A stretch of DNA of 64,000 nucleotides from Candidatus Bathyarchaeia archaeon. GTDB lineage: Archaea; Thermoproteota; Bathyarchaeia; Bathyarchaeales; Bathycorpusculaceae. The translations under genes were made by a program, and so were the position numbers. The stretch spans positions 1 to 64,000 of the forward strand of contig JAVZJU010000002.1 of assembly GCA_038870595.1 (NCBI GenBank), in the 5' to 3' direction. This document shows positions 1 to 9,777 of the stretch, piece after piece. Under the pieces are notes generated by a model. The model did no database searches. It worked only from the letters and a program-made list of their open reading frames with translations, and was not told the DNA's origin. The first letter of the stretch is position 1; each line of letters opens with the position of its first letter.

Positions 1-1
1 G

Positions 2-292
2 TGCTTTAAGCCGACGGATGGGTGGACTTATGTGAAGGATACTGGCGTAATCAACACATTCTCAGTCTCGTTCTTAGCGGCTGACGCTTCTAGGCTGAAG
101 GAGCCCATAGTGGTGGCTATCATAAACTTGGACGGCGCCTCTGAAGGCATGGGCATAGTCCACCGCATAGAGGAGTATGGCGACTGGAAAGAAATCAAAA
201 TCGGAATGCGAGTAAAAGCCGTCTGGAAGCCGCCAGAAGAGCGCACAGGCGCCATCACAGACATAAAATACTTCAAACTAGTAAAGGAGTGA
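2..292 (+). CDS. DUF35/OB-fold protein, 5'-partial (reading frame is open to the window edge)
   Basis: Frame 2 has no stop from nt 2. The C-terminal OB-fold-like sequence resembles the downstream DUF35 paralog (KIGMRVKAVWKPPEER vs YIGMKVEAVFKPPSER). Confidence 0.55.
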   Translation, partial: CFKPTDGWTYVKDTGVINTFSVSFLAADASRLKEPIVVAIINLDGASEGMGIVHRIEEYGDWKEIKIGMRVKAVWKPPEERTGAITDIKYFKLVKE

Positions 293-298
293 AAACCC

Positions 299-766
299 AT
301 GAGCCTTGAAAAGATAACCAGTCCGTTTGATGCCCGCCACTGGATAGGCCACATGGAAGCAGACTACCGCTACACGCTCGGCATTGCCGGAGAACGCTTC
401 CTCAAAGAGATTAAGGAAAACGCCCGCATAATAGGGGCTAAATGCCCAAAATGCGGCGTTATCTTTGTTCCGCCAAGGCTTTACTGCGAGAAATGTTTCG
501 CAAAGCTTGAAGAGTGGGTTGATGTTGGCAAAATAGGCGAAGTCTACACATACACAATAGCCACAATAGACATCGACGGCAAAAAACTTGAAAAACCCCA
601 AATATACGCGCTAATAAAGTTTGAGGGCACCCACGGCGGAATAATCCACAAAATAAGCGAAACAGAAAAAGTCTACATTGGAATGAAGGTTGAAGCAGTT
701 TTCAAACCGCCCAGCGAAAGAAAAGCCTCAATAAACGACATAGCCTACTTCAAACCAGCCGAATAG
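299..766 (+). CDS. DUF35 family protein (rubredoxin-like Zn ribbon + OB fold; thiolase/HMG-CoA synthase-associated type)
   Basis: CPKCG...CEKC zinc ribbon followed by an OB-fold segment. Domain order is typical of archaeal DUF35 proteins. Confidence 0.65.
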   Translation: MSLEKITSPFDARHWIGHMEADYRYTLGIAGERFLKEIKENARIIGAKCPKCGVIFVPPRLYCEKCFAKLEEWVDVGKIGEVYTYTIATIDIDGKKLEKPQIYALIKFEGTHGGIIHKISETEKVYIGMKVEAVFKPPSERKASINDIAYFKPAE

Positions 767-825
767 CCTACACCCTATCCTCTTTTTATCGTCGAATTCA
801 ACTCTTTTGCCGTGGCTTAACCCCT

Positions 826-1965
826 TCAGCAGTGCTTTCCTCTTTTCCGCCAGACGGTTATTGTGGCTGTGGGAAGCGTTAACAAAGGCAAAAGCGCCAT
901 AAGTGTTTGGAATTCTGGAACGATTGTTATTTCTACCGTTGAGTGGGGGTAGGTGAAATAGATGATGCTTAATGTTTCATTCTCAAATATCAGCGTGTAC
1001 TCCACTTGAACGTCGTTTACTTTTATGATGAATGGCGGTTGCATAAGGCTATGCGGTATCGTGATTCTGCAGTACCCGTGGGTCTGCCCTATTTGCGATT
1101 CAGAGGCATGTATTACAATTGTTCCGTTGGAGGTGAAGTATTGGAAATAGTCTATTGTTGAGTTGGAAACTATGTCAACATTGAAGCCAAGCGGCGTGCT
1201 GAAGCTTCTGAAAGGCCCCATTAGGGGATAATTGTCAAAGTTTTCCTCTGTGATATAGTATGGCGTGTCGCCTATTCCATCCTCATCAGAGTCCTCGCCT
1301 TCATAATCGCTCCAATAGTTGCCTTCTGATGGATTGCCGCTGCTCCAAAAGTTTGCCGATCCATCGCTTCCAACGTGCTCTTTATTGCCTATGAAATTAT
1401 TATGATAGAAAATGTTATTACAAGAATCTCCAATGTGGATGCCGGTCCAATTGTTGTCTATTATGTTGTTTCCAACTATGCGGTTGTGGTCTGATCCCCA
1501 CCAAATTTCCATGCCGTTCTCAGTGTTGTTTATCAGCGTATTGCCGATTATGGTGCAGTTGACGGCGCCTTCAAGCCAGATTCCATAGTCAAAGCGGGTA
1601 ATGATTAAATTTTTGACAGTTACATTCTCGATTTCCATAAGGTATATTCCAGCTGCCCCGCCGCTTCCTTCTATGGTGTAGCCAGCCCCATCAATTATGA
1701 TATTGGCTCGTTCCACGTCGATGCCGTCGCCGGAGGTTGTTATGTTGCCGGTCAATGTGTAAGTGACGTGGTCGTAGGTTATTATCGGCGCGTCAGATGG
1801 TTCTATAGTTCCATCCGCCCTAATGGTTATGGTTCCGCTCCAGGTCTTGACGGTTTTAACGTTAGCCACTAAGGACAAGCCAAACAGCAAAAGTGCTGTC
1901 AACATTGCGATTAGGGCTAGTCTGCAACTTTTATCCACAAATTTTCCTCGCAAGCTAATGGACAC
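826..1965 (-). CDS. Secreted right-handed parallel beta-helix (NosD/PbH1-repeat) protein with PEF-CTERM-like C-terminal anchor
   Basis: N-terminal hydrophobic signal. Repeated GNxIxxN...G motifs (GNTLINNTENG, VGNNIIDNNWTG, HNNFIGN). C-terminus PEFQTLMALLPLLTLPTATITVW-RKRGKHC = PEF + TM + basic tail. Confidence 0.7.
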   Translation of the reverse strand: MSISLRGKFVDKSCRLALIAMLTALLLFGLSLVANVKTVKTWSGTITIRADGTIEPSDAPIITYDHVTYTLTGNITTSGDGIDVERANIIIDGAGYTIEGSGGAAGIYLMEIENVTVKNLIITRFDYGIWLEGAVNCTIIGNTLINNTENGMEIWWGSDHNRIVGNNIIDNNWTGIHIGDSCNNIFYHNNFIGNKEHVGSDGSANFWSSGNPSEGNYWSDYEGEDSDEDGIGDTPYYITEENFDNYPLMGPFRSFSTPLGFNVDIVSNSTIDYFQYFTSNGTIVIHASESQIGQTHGYCRITIPHSLMQPPFIIKVNDVQVEYTLIFENETLSIIYFTYPHSTVEITIVPEFQTLMALLPLLTLPTATITVWRKRGKHC

Positions 1966-2207
1966 ATACTCTAATTAAACTTTCCATAAAAATCTAAAAC
2001 GTTGAAAATCAGTTCACATTAGATGTTCCTTAATTTTCCATAAATTCAAAAGCAAACGTTCTCTTAACAGCGACTAACGGAAGAACATTTTGCAAATATC
2101 ATCGAGGAGCATGTGGGTTTGTTGAGAGGCGCGGGGTTAGGTTTAAACGAGGTTTAAATTTTCCTTTGATTTTTGGTTCCATAAAGTGGGCTCATCGCGC
2201 AACGCAA

Positions 2208-3023
2208 CTATAAGATTTGGAGTGTGATGTCAATTAGATTTGAAGCAATGCTCATTAATACAGCACTGTAAATGTTGCGAGTCTTCCATGTAACCACAAT
2301 TTTTGCAGCTGAGCCAGCAATGTTTATGGCAATCCAAGGCAGCAGGGCTGATATGAACAATTGATTAGCCAATATTGAAATTACTGCTAGCAAGAAGCCG
2401 TTCTCATAATTTAAATGTGCATTGAACAATATTCCTGTGAAAAATAAGGTTTGAGTGAAAATCGAGATAACTGTGACGAACAAAATCCATAGAATAACGC
2501 CTTCGACAGTGTATCCGTTGATCCATCTGAAACCAAAAAACAAATTCGAGAACAAGAAGAGAGCCGCTATGAAAATCACCCCACAGAAGGCGTAAAGTGC
2601 TGTCTGCTTAAGGTTTTGAACTTTTAAACCGATCTCGCTCAAAGAAACATCACGCCTCAATAGGATCAAGAGCGCCGCTGGAAAAAGCAGAAAAGTTAAC
2701 AGGTTTGTCAATGCATAATTGAAAGTTAAATTGTTGTCTACAAGCGGCTTTTCTGGAAGCGAAATTGGGAAGATAAACTGCAATAACCTCCCATGTAAAG
2801 TGGGATAAAGAAACCCCACCAGAAAAAGCAGAAAACAAACATCAAAAAGGCAGGTTCGCTTCACCCTCTGTTTTTGAATAATTGCCAAGACTAAACAAAC
2901 AGTCCCAAGCAAAATAATGCCCAAGTTTATGCCAATCAAACCGAAATAAATGTTCCAAACACCACACAAAAAGCCCACCCCTCGCGAGGCTAATCCAAAC
3001 TCAAATGTATTTTTGCATTTCAT
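2208..3023 (-). CDS. Polytopic membrane protein, possibly degenerate CPBP/Abi-like intramembrane protease
   Basis: At least 7 hydrophobic segments. FNAHLNYEN resembles the CPBP FxxxH/HxxxN motifs. TQTLFFTG weakly resembles the EExxFRG motif but lacks Glu/Arg. Confidence 0.3.
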   Translation of the reverse strand: MKCKNTFEFGLASRGVGFLCGVWNIYFGLIGINLGIILLGTVCLVLAIIQKQRVKRTCLFDVCFLLFLVGFLYPTLHGRLLQFIFPISLPEKPLVDNNLTFNYALTNLLTFLLFPAALLILLRRDVSLSEIGLKVQNLKQTALYAFCGVIFIAALFLFSNLFFGFRWINGYTVEGVILWILFVTVISIFTQTLFFTGILFNAHLNYENGFLLAVISILANQLFISALLPWIAINIAGSAAKIVVTWKTRNIYSAVLMSIASNLIDITLQIL

Positions 3024-3215
3024 TCATATAAGACTAGCGCACATTCATAAACGAGAGTTTAAACGTAGGTTACAAAACTCAGAGCGGAGGAAGGAATTTG
3101 AAGGCAAATCTCCATGCAAAGCAACTTCCCTCATATCATTGAATGCCCGAATTTTCTGTTAGCGATGACTAAAAGAACGCTGGTTGGCGGTTGAGGCTAT
3201 TTTAAAGGGTCTTTG

Positions 3216-4427
3216 TTATATTTTGTTTAGGGCTTGTTTTAAGTCTGCTATTATGTCTTTTGGGTCTTCTATTCCTAGGGCTAGGCGTACCAGCTGGTCT
3301 GTTATGCCAAGCCTTCGGCGTTGTTCCGGAATTATGAAGTAGTGGGATGATGTGGCTGGCTGTGTTGCCAGGGTTTCTGTTCCGCCTAGGCTTGCCGCCA
3401 AAAGGCATAGTTTTAGGCTTTCCACAAACCGCACTGTTTTCTCAAAGTCGCCTTTTATTTCGAAGCTTACAACTCCGCCGAAGCCTCGCATCTGCTTTTT
3501 GGCTAGGCTGTGCTGCGGGTGGCTCGGCAAACCGGGATAGTAGACTTTGGCGACTTTTGGATGCTTTTCTAGGAATTGGGCTACTTTCATTCCATTTTTG
3601 TTGTGCCTTTCCATTCTTAATGTGAGTGTTTTCAAGCCCCTTAGTAGAAGCCAAGCCGTCGCTGGGTCGAGGGTTCCGCCCAAAATCTTTCTGTTTCGCT
3701 TTAAATTTTGGATGAATTCTTTTGAGCCGCAGACAATGCCGGCGGTTACATCGTTGTGTCCGCCCAAGTATTTTGTGGCGCTGTGGACGACTACGTCTAT
3801 GCCAAACTTTATTGGTGTTAAATTGTATGGTGTTGCGAGGGTGCTATCGACAACCGTTGTTATGCCATGTTTTTTGGCTAGGGTTGCCAAGCGCGGCAAA
3901 TCCACAATTTTCAATGTCGGATTGGTTGGAGTTTCAGCATAAACAACTCTTGTGTTCCTTTTTACGGCTTTTTCCACTTCGCCCATGTCGGTGGCGTCTA
4001 CAAGGTTTACTTCAACTCCGAACCTTGGCAGAAATTCTTGGAAGAAGGTTAGGGTTCCACCGTAAAGGTCTCTTGAAGCCACAATATGGTCGCCCTTCGA
4101 AACCGTTGTGAATATAGCCGTTGTTATAGCCGCCATCCCAGACGCGAAGGCAGCCGCATCCTCCGATCCTTCCAGAAGCGCCATTTTCTTTTCAACAGCC
4201 CGCACAGTGGGGTTGTCGAATCTCGTGTATAAGTAGCCCTCAGCCTTTCCGCTTATAACGTCGATTAGCCGTCTAGTGCTTTTGAAGGCGAAAACTGAGG
4301 TTTCATAAATTGGCGTGGAAACAGCCCCAACGGCGTCGGGTTTTTCACCGCCATGCACAGCCCTTGTGGAAAAGCCTTTCCGCTTTAAAGCCATACGCAT
4401 ATTCACCCGTTTAGACCATTGTTTCAT
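3216..4427 (-). CDS. PLP-dependent Cys/Met metabolism enzyme (cystathionine gamma-synthase / O-acetylhomoserine sulfhydrylase family)
   Basis: STRAVHGG, TPIYETSVF, YTRFDNPT and SATKYLGGHNDV (PLP-Lys) motifs. The ORF track extends to 4478 via a TTG; the ATG at 4427 or 4400 is the more likely start. Confidence 0.8.
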   Translation of the reverse strand: MKQWSKRVNMRMALKRKGFSTRAVHGGEKPDAVGAVSTPIYETSVFAFKSTRRLIDVISGKAEGYLYTRFDNPTVRAVEKKMALLEGSEDAAAFASGMAAITTAIFTTVSKGDHIVASRDLYGGTLTFFQEFLPRFGVEVNLVDATDMGEVEKAVKRNTRVVYAETPTNPTLKIVDLPRLATLAKKHGITTVVDSTLATPYNLTPIKFGIDVVVHSATKYLGGHNDVTAGIVCGSKEFIQNLKRNRKILGGTLDPATAWLLLRGLKTLTLRMERHNKNGMKVAQFLEKHPKVAKVYYPGLPSHPQHSLAKKQMRGFGGVVSFEIKGDFEKTVRFVESLKLCLLAASLGGTETLATQPATSSHYFIIPEQRRRLGITDQLVRLALGIEDPKDIIADLKQALNKI

Positions 4428-4464
4428 GGCTTGTTTTAAGAAATAACTTTTTAGGCTTGACGCC

Positions 4465-4475
4465 AATATTTTAGA
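4465..4475 (+). promoter_or_regulatory. TATA-like element upstream of the mutase operon (divergent from the PLP enzyme gene)
   Basis: aatattttaga lies about 32-40 nt upstream of the ATG at 4507. Confidence 0.3.
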
Positions 4476-4506
4476 CAAAACCGCTTGTGTAGAGGTTTAG
4501 CACATC

Positions 4507-6189
4507 ATGTTTGATAGGCAGAAGATTGAGGAAATAGCCAAGGAAAGAGAACGCTGGGAAAAATCAACACTGCCCAACTGGATTAAGCATTGCCCAGAAC
4601 GCCAAAAAGAGTTCAAGAACCATTCTGGCATGACGATTAAAAGGTTGTACACGCCAGAAGACATCAAAGAAATGGATTACATGAAGGATTTGGGATTTCC
4701 AGGCGAGTATCCCTTCACGCGGGGTTTGCACGCCACCATGTACCGTGGACGCTTATGGACAATGCGGATGTTCGCCGGCTACGGCACAGCGGAAGACACT
4801 AACAAACGCTTCAAATACCTATTAAGCGAGGGCGAAACCGGACTGAGCACGGCTTTTGACTATCCAACAATTATGGGTTATGATTCCGACCACCCGATGG
4901 CTAGGGGAGAGGTGGGCGTCTGCGGAGTAGCCATATCATCGCTTCAAGACATGGAAGTACTCTTTGACGGCATACCGCTGGACAAGGTTACAACTTCCAT
5001 GACAATTAATGGTCCAGCATCTGTTCTACTTGCCATGTATATCGCCGTGGGCGACAAGCAAGGCGTTCCAAGAGAAAAATTGGGCGGCACAACCCAAAAC
5101 GACAATTTGAAGGAGTTCTTCGCCCAGAAGCTCTGCATTTTCCCGCCTAAGCCCTCGCTTAAGCTTTCAGTGGATGTCATAGAATACTGTGCTAGGCACT
5201 TGCCGAAGTGGAATCCCATAAGCATCAGCGGCTACCACATCCGAGAGGCGGGTGCCACCGCACTTCAAGAGTTGGCTTTCACCCTTTATGATGGTATAGC
5301 CTACGTTGAGGAAACCCTTAAAAGAGGCTTAAAAGTGGATGAATTCGCACCCCGCTTATCTTTCTTCTTCGCTTCCCACAACGATTTCTTTGAGGAAATT
5401 GCCAAGTTCCGCGCCGCCAGACGCCTATGGGCTAGGATAATGAAGGAGCGTTTCCACGCCAAAAACCCGCGTTCCATGTGGATGCGCATGCACGTCCAAA
5501 CTTCCGGCTGTACCCTAACGGCACAGCAGCCCCTAAACAACATTGTCCGCACAACAATTCAGGCTTTAGCCGCCGTTCTCGGTGGAACCCAGTCGCTGCA
5601 CACAAACTCCTTCGATGAGGCTTTGTGTCTGCCAACAGAGGAATCCGTTAGAGTGGCGTTAAGAACCCAGCAGATAATAGCCTACGAAAGTGGAGTAGCA
5701 AACACCGTTGACCCATTGGCAGGCTCCTATTATGTTGAGGCTTTAACCAACGAGATGGAGGAGAAAGCCATGGAATACATCCAGAAAATCGACGACATGG
5801 GAGGGGTAATCCCAGCCATAGAGAAAGGCTTCTTCCAGAAAGAAATAGCCGACAGCGCCTACCGCTATCAGCGGGAAATAGATGAGAAAAAACGCATATT
5901 GGTAGGCGTAAACGAATACACCATAGAAGGGGAAGAAATCCCAGTTAAGCTTTTAAGGGTTGACCCAAGCGTTGAGAAAAAGCAGATAGAAAGGCTGCAG
6001 AAACTGCGGAGGGAACGCGCCAACAGAAAGGTTAAGGAAGTGCTGGAAAAACTTCACTACGCGGCTGAGAAGGATGAGAATCTCATGCCAACCATTATTG
6101 AGGCTGTTAAGGCTTACGCCACCCTAGGCGAGATTGTAGATGTCCTGCGAAAAGTTTACGGAGAATACAAAGAACTAATAATAATCTAA
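4507..6189 (+). CDS. Methylmalonyl-CoA mutase, large (catalytic) subunit, archaeal split form
   Basis: [37 protein letters not shown]. Length and motifs fit the MCM alpha N-terminal catalytic domain. Confidence 0.85.
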   Translation: MFDRQKIEEIAKERERWEKSTLPNWIKHCPERQKEFKNHSGMTIKRLYTPEDIKEMDYMKDLGFPGEYPFTRGLHATMYRGRLWTMRMFAGYGTAEDTNKRFKYLLSEGETGLSTAFDYPTIMGYDSDHPMARGEVGVCGVAISSLQDMEVLFDGIPLDKVTTSMTINGPASVLLAMYIAVGDKQGVPREKLGGTTQNDNLKEFFAQKLCIFPPKPSLKLSVDVIEYCARHLPKWNPISISGYHIREAGATALQELAFTLYDGIAYVEETLKRGLKVDEFAPRLSFFFASHNDFFEEIAKFRAARRLWARIMKERFHAKNPRSMWMRMHVQTSGCTLTAQQPLNNIVRTTIQALAAVLGGTQSLHTNSFDEALCLPTEESVRVALRTQQIIAYESGVANTVDPLAGSYYVEALTNEMEEKAMEYIQKIDDMGGVIPAIEKGFFQKEIADSAYRYQREIDEKKRILVGVNEYTIEGEEIPVKLLRVDPSVEKKQIERLQKLRRERANRKVKEVLEKLHYAAEKDENLMPTIIEAVKAYATLGEIVDVLRKVYGEYKELIII

Positions 6190-6199
6190 AATCTGAATT

Positions 6200-6625
6200 A
6201 TGAAAGGGGCGAAGCACATGCAAAGTGGAAGAAAAATAAGGGTTCTAATAGCCAAGCCAGGACTGGACAGCCACGACAGAGGAGCAAAAGTTGTTGCAAG
6301 AGCCCTACGCGACGCTGGAATGGAAGTAATCTACACTGGACTTAGGCAGACGCCGGAGCAAATCGTTGAAACAGCCTTGCAGGAGGACGTTGACGTCATT
6401 GGATTAAGCATTCTGTCAGGGGCACACATGGCACTTTTCCCAAGGATAATGGAACTGCTAAAAGAGAAGGGCTTAACAGACGTTCTAGTGTTTGCCGGAG
6501 GCATAATCCCAGAGGAAGACATTCCAGAACTTAAAAAAATTGGGATAAGAGAGGTTTTTGGACCCGGAACCCCAACTGAAACAATTATTAAGTATGTATT
6601 AGAGAATGCTTCGAAAAGAAGATAG
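6200..6625 (+). CDS. Methylmalonyl-CoA mutase, B12-binding small subunit
   Basis: DSHDRG (DxHxxG cobalamin-binding motif), GLSILSGAH, and a Rossmann-like B12-binding domain of about 140 aa. Confidence 0.85.
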   Translation: MKGAKHMQSGRKIRVLIAKPGLDSHDRGAKVVARALRDAGMEVIYTGLRQTPEQIVETALQEDVDVIGLSILSGAHMALFPRIMELLKEKGLTDVLVFAGGIIPEEDIPELKKIGIREVFGPGTPTETIIKYVLENASKRR

Positions 6626-6644
6626 GAAAAGCCGGTAAAAACCA

Positions 6645-7592
6645 TTGCAGAAAATTGAGGAAATAGCTAAAGGCGTGCTCGCCGGGGACAAAAGAAGCAT
6701 AGCAAGAGCCATAACTATGGCTGAGAACAGCCCGGAAGAATCCCAAAGCCTAATCGCAGCAGTTTATCCCCACACTGGAAAAGCCCACATAATAGGCTTG
6801 ACTGGTCCAGGAGGCTCTGGAAAGAGCACCCTAATAGAAAAAATGGTCCGCGAATATAGACGGAAAGGCAAGACTGTTGGCGTTATAGCCGTCGACCCAA
6901 CAAGCCCCTTTACTGGCGGAGCCTTCCTAGGCGACAGAATCCGCATGCAAGAGTTGAGCACAGACGATGGCGTTTTTATTCGCAGCATGGCGACAAGAAA
7001 CAATCCTGGAGGAATAGCCAAAGCCACAAAAGATGCCGTAAAAATACTGGACGCTTCTGGAAGAGACGTGATAATTGTTGAAACTGTTGGCGCTGGACAA
7101 TCGGAAGTGGAGATAATCAAGGTGGCGCAAACAATAATTGTTATTCATGCTCCTGGGCTTGGCGACGAGATTCAAGCCATAAAGGCTGGGATAATGGAAA
7201 TTGCCGACATATTCGTTGTCAATAAGGCTGACCGCGAAAACGCCGACAAAGCTGTCATGGATATTCAAGCCATGCTACAATTGGATAGTAAGGAGAAGGC
7301 TTGGACGCCGCCAGTAGTAAAGACAGTAGCCCTCACAGGAGAAGGCGTGCCACAACTCATTGAGAAGATAGAGGAGCATTGGCAGTACCTCCAGAAAGGG
7401 ATATTGCACAAAAGAAGCTTGGAGAAGGCTGAGGCGGAGCTTGTTGAAGCCATAAAAGATAAAGTAACAAGCTCAATAATTGAGAAGCTAAAGAGGGAAA
7501 AACGCTTCGAGGAAATTTTAAGGCGGATTGTTGACCGCGAAATAGACCCAGCTTCGGCTGCTGAAAAACTCCTAAACCAAATGTTTGAGTAG
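6645..7592 (+). CDS. meaB: MeaB/ArgK-type methylmalonyl-CoA mutase-associated GTPase
   Basis: P-loop GLTGPGGSGKST, a DPTSPFTGGAFLGDRIRM segment and a NKAD G4 motif. The gene sits immediately downstream of the mutase genes. Confidence 0.85.
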   Translation: MQKIEEIAKGVLAGDKRSIARAITMAENSPEESQSLIAAVYPHTGKAHIIGLTGPGGSGKSTLIEKMVREYRRKGKTVGVIAVDPTSPFTGGAFLGDRIRMQELSTDDGVFIRSMATRNNPGGIAKATKDAVKILDASGRDVIIVETVGAGQSEVEIIKVAQTIIVIHAPGLGDEIQAIKAGIMEIADIFVVNKADRENADKAVMDIQAMLQLDSKEKAWTPPVVKTVALTGEGVPQLIEKIEEHWQYLQKGILHKRSLEKAEAELVEAIKDKVTSSIIEKLKREKRFEEILRRIVDREIDPASAAEKLLNQMFE

Positions 7593-7607
7593 AAGGCTGA
7601 AAAACCA

Positions 7608-8138
7608 ATGCCAAAACTTGAAAAAGGTCTTGTACAAGTCTACACCGGAGATGGAAAGGGCAAAACTTCAGCAGCCTTTGGACTGGCTTTAAGGGCTATA
7701 GGCAGAGGATTAAAAGTCTACATCGTACAATTTATCAAAGGCGGATTTGACTATGGAGAACTTTACATTGTGGATAGGCTGCCAAACCTAACGCTGAAAG
7801 CCTTTGGAAGGGGAAAATTTGTGACAACGCAGCCGCCATCAAAAGAGGATGTTAGGCTTGCAGAAGAAGCCTTCCAACTGGCAGAAAAAACCATCAAAAG
7901 TGGAGAATACGACCTAGTCATACTAGACGAGATTAATGTGGCATTAAACCTTAAACTCATAAGCTTAGAAAGGGTACTGGAACTTATTAAAAGCAAGCCA
8001 AAACATGTGGAGCTGGTTTTAACTGGACGTTATGCACCAAAAGAAATAATTGATGTTGCAGACCTCGTCACGGAAATGCGGGAAGTTAAACATCCCTTCA
8101 AGAGGGGATGTCAAGCGAGGGAAGGAATAGAATTTTGA
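7608..8138 (+). CDS. ATP:cob(I)alamin adenosyltransferase (CobA/CobO/BtuR family)
   Basis: GDGKGKTSAAFGLALRAIGRG P-loop, VQFIKGG, DLVILDEINVAL. Confidence 0.8.
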   Translation: MPKLEKGLVQVYTGDGKGKTSAAFGLALRAIGRGLKVYIVQFIKGGFDYGELYIVDRLPNLTLKAFGRGKFVTTQPPSKEDVRLAEEAFQLAEKTIKSGEYDLVILDEINVALNLKLISLERVLELIKSKPKHVELVLTGRYAPKEIIDVADLVTEMREVKHPFKRGCQAREGIEF

Positions 8139-8770
8139 AGAAACCGCAGAATGCAGAAAAAGAAGCAAAGCAAAATTTTTCAGATGTAATTAAGACTTCA
8201 TGGGTTAAATCCGCCATAATCGTTGGGCTAATTTTTCTCGCCATAGGAATAGCCGCAATATTCATCTTCAAAGCTGTGAATATTGGCAGTTTCCAAATTA
8301 TTTCGGATGTGAAGGCTTTTGCAAGGAATTATGGCGTATTAGGCGTTTTCCTCGCCACTATACTTGCTGGAACAGTCATTCCGCTTGGGAGCCCAGCACT
8401 TGTGGTGGCGGCAGCATCCTTAGGAATTCATCCAATACCGCTAGTGGTTGCCGCAACAACCGGCTTCACAGCAGGCATGACAATAAACTATTTTTTGGCT
8501 TATCGCCTAGGAAGACCATTCGTAACCAAGAAATTTGAAGCTGAAAAACTTGAAGAAGCCACGCTCTTATGGAACCGTTGGGGCTGGATTCTTTATACTC
8601 TTTTTGGTTTGGTTCCATTTCTGCCGGTGGAGTTCTTGGCTCGGGTCTGTGGACTTTTAAAAACAAGCATCAAAACCTTTCTTGTTTTGAGTTTTATGCC
8701 TAGGCTGATAGTTTTCGCCGTCCTCGCATATTTTGGGGAAGCCATCGGCAGTTGGATTGGAATAATTTAG
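8108..8770 (+). CDS. DedA/VTT (SNARE-associated)-like membrane protein
   Basis: Several TM segments. The stretch LVPFLPVEFLARVCGLL...FMPRLIVFAVLAYFGEAIG fits the DedA signature pattern. 30-nt overlap with the upstream gene. Confidence 0.45.
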   Translation: MSSEGRNRILKKPQNAEKEAKQNFSDVIKTSWVKSAIIVGLIFLAIGIAAIFIFKAVNIGSFQIISDVKAFARNYGVLGVFLATILAGTVIPLGSPALVVAAASLGIHPIPLVVAATTGFTAGMTINYFLAYRLGRPFVTKKFEAEKLEEATLLWNRWGWILYTLFGLVPFLPVEFLARVCGLLKTSIKTFLVLSFMPRLIVFAVLAYFGEAIGSWIGII

Positions 8771-8795
8771 GCGTTGGGCTAAAGCAACATGCTGA

Positions 8796-9077
8796 CTATT
8801 TTCTTATGGGCGGTGGAACAGCAATCAAGGTTTGTGTGCGACGAACACCCCTAATCTGCTGAACCCTCTCAATTATTTTTCCAAGCTCCTCAACCTTCGC
8901 AAACTCCACATAAACAATAGCATCAAACTGTCCAGTCACAGCGTGAGCCATCTTAACACCGTCAATTTTTAGGGCTGCCTCTGCAACCTCCCAAATCATG
9001 CCAGCCTCAGCATTTATCAAAATATAAGCTTCCAAATCTTTTAGCCTCCAACATAAGGTAGTTAGTCGATCAAACAT
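8796..9077 (-). CDS. Stand-alone Lrp/AsnC C-terminal (RAM) ligand-binding domain protein
   Basis: 93 aa; the pattern ILINAEAG...AHAVTGQFDAIVYVEF...IRGVRRTQTLIA matches an AsnC-type RAM domain without the HTH. Confidence 0.55.
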   Translation of the reverse strand: MFDRLTTLCWRLKDLEAYILINAEAGMIWEVAEAALKIDGVKMAHAVTGQFDAIVYVEFAKVEELGKIIERVQQIRGVRRTQTLIAVPPPIRK

Positions 9078-9138
9078 AAAAAACTTAGGAAAATTTTTCT
9101 ACAACAATCAAGAAAATTAGTTTCAGTTGTGGTGAATT

Positions 9139-9777
9139 ATGAGGATTTTAGGCGTTGTTGGCTCTAATAGAAAGGACGGGAACTCCTATCTTCTGATAAG
9201 GGAAATGTTAAGAAATGTCTCCCATGAAACAAAAATTGTTCAGATGGCAGAGTTAAACATTAAACCATGTGAACTATGCTTCGAAAAATGTGCACCAAAA
9301 CCTTTCGAATGCGCCCTAAACGATGACTTCCAGAAGCTTTTCGCCGAAATGACACAAGCTGACGAGATAATATTGGCATGTCCATTCTACTTTTATGTTC
9401 CATCAAAGTTTCAAGCATTTCTTGAAAGAGTAAGCTGCTTAGACTATTTCACCCAAGAAAGACACGGCGAAGATAAAAATCCATTAAAGGGTAAGCCATG
9501 CCTACTGGTAGCCGTTTCGGCTTCAGGCAGCAGCTTCAACGCCTTCCAAATTCTCCATCACTTACAAGAGTTTGCATTAATGATGCAAATGAAACCAGTT
9601 ACCTCGCGCTTCTGGCCTTTCATAGGTTTTTCGGCAAAGGCTGGCGGAATTGAGAAAGGCTCTATTCTAAAAGAGACGGAAACTATGAAACGGGCGAGGG
9701 AGTGGACTAACCTATTAATAAAGGATGTGAGAACGTCCAAAAGTAAGATTTGTAAGGCGTTCTATTTTGGCTATTGA
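9139..9777 (+). CDS. NADPH-dependent FMN reductase / iron-sulfur flavoprotein (Isf)-like
   Basis: Flavodoxin-like N-terminus MRILGVVGSNRKDGNSY. Compact Cys cluster CELCFEKCAPKPFEC (CX2CX3CX6C) like the Isf 4Fe-4S motif. Confidence 0.55.
   Translation: MRILGVVGSNRKDGNSYLLIREMLRNVSHETKIVQMAELNIKPCELCFEKCAPKPFECALNDDFQKLFAEMTQADEIILACPFYFYVPSKFQAFLERVSCLDYFTQERHGEDKNPLKGKPCLLVAVSASGSSFNAFQILHHLQEFALMMQMKPVTSRFWPFIGFSAKAGGIEKGSILKETETMKRAREWTNLLIKDVRTSKSKICKAFYFGY

Noticed and set aside
2208-3023. Archaeosortase candidate next to the PEF-CTERM protein
   Set aside because: It has no archaeosortase/exosortase-like Cys-containing active-site motif. It looks more like a degenerate CPBP/Abi-type membrane protein; kept as a low-confidence feature only.
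3347-4111. Several 60-130-aa ORFs (3347..3625, 3352..3540, 3442..3654, 3547..3942, 3722..4111) inside or antisense to the PLP enzyme gene
   Set aside because: Fully nested in a well-supported CDS; Arg/Pro/Cys-rich low-complexity translations typical of antisense frames.
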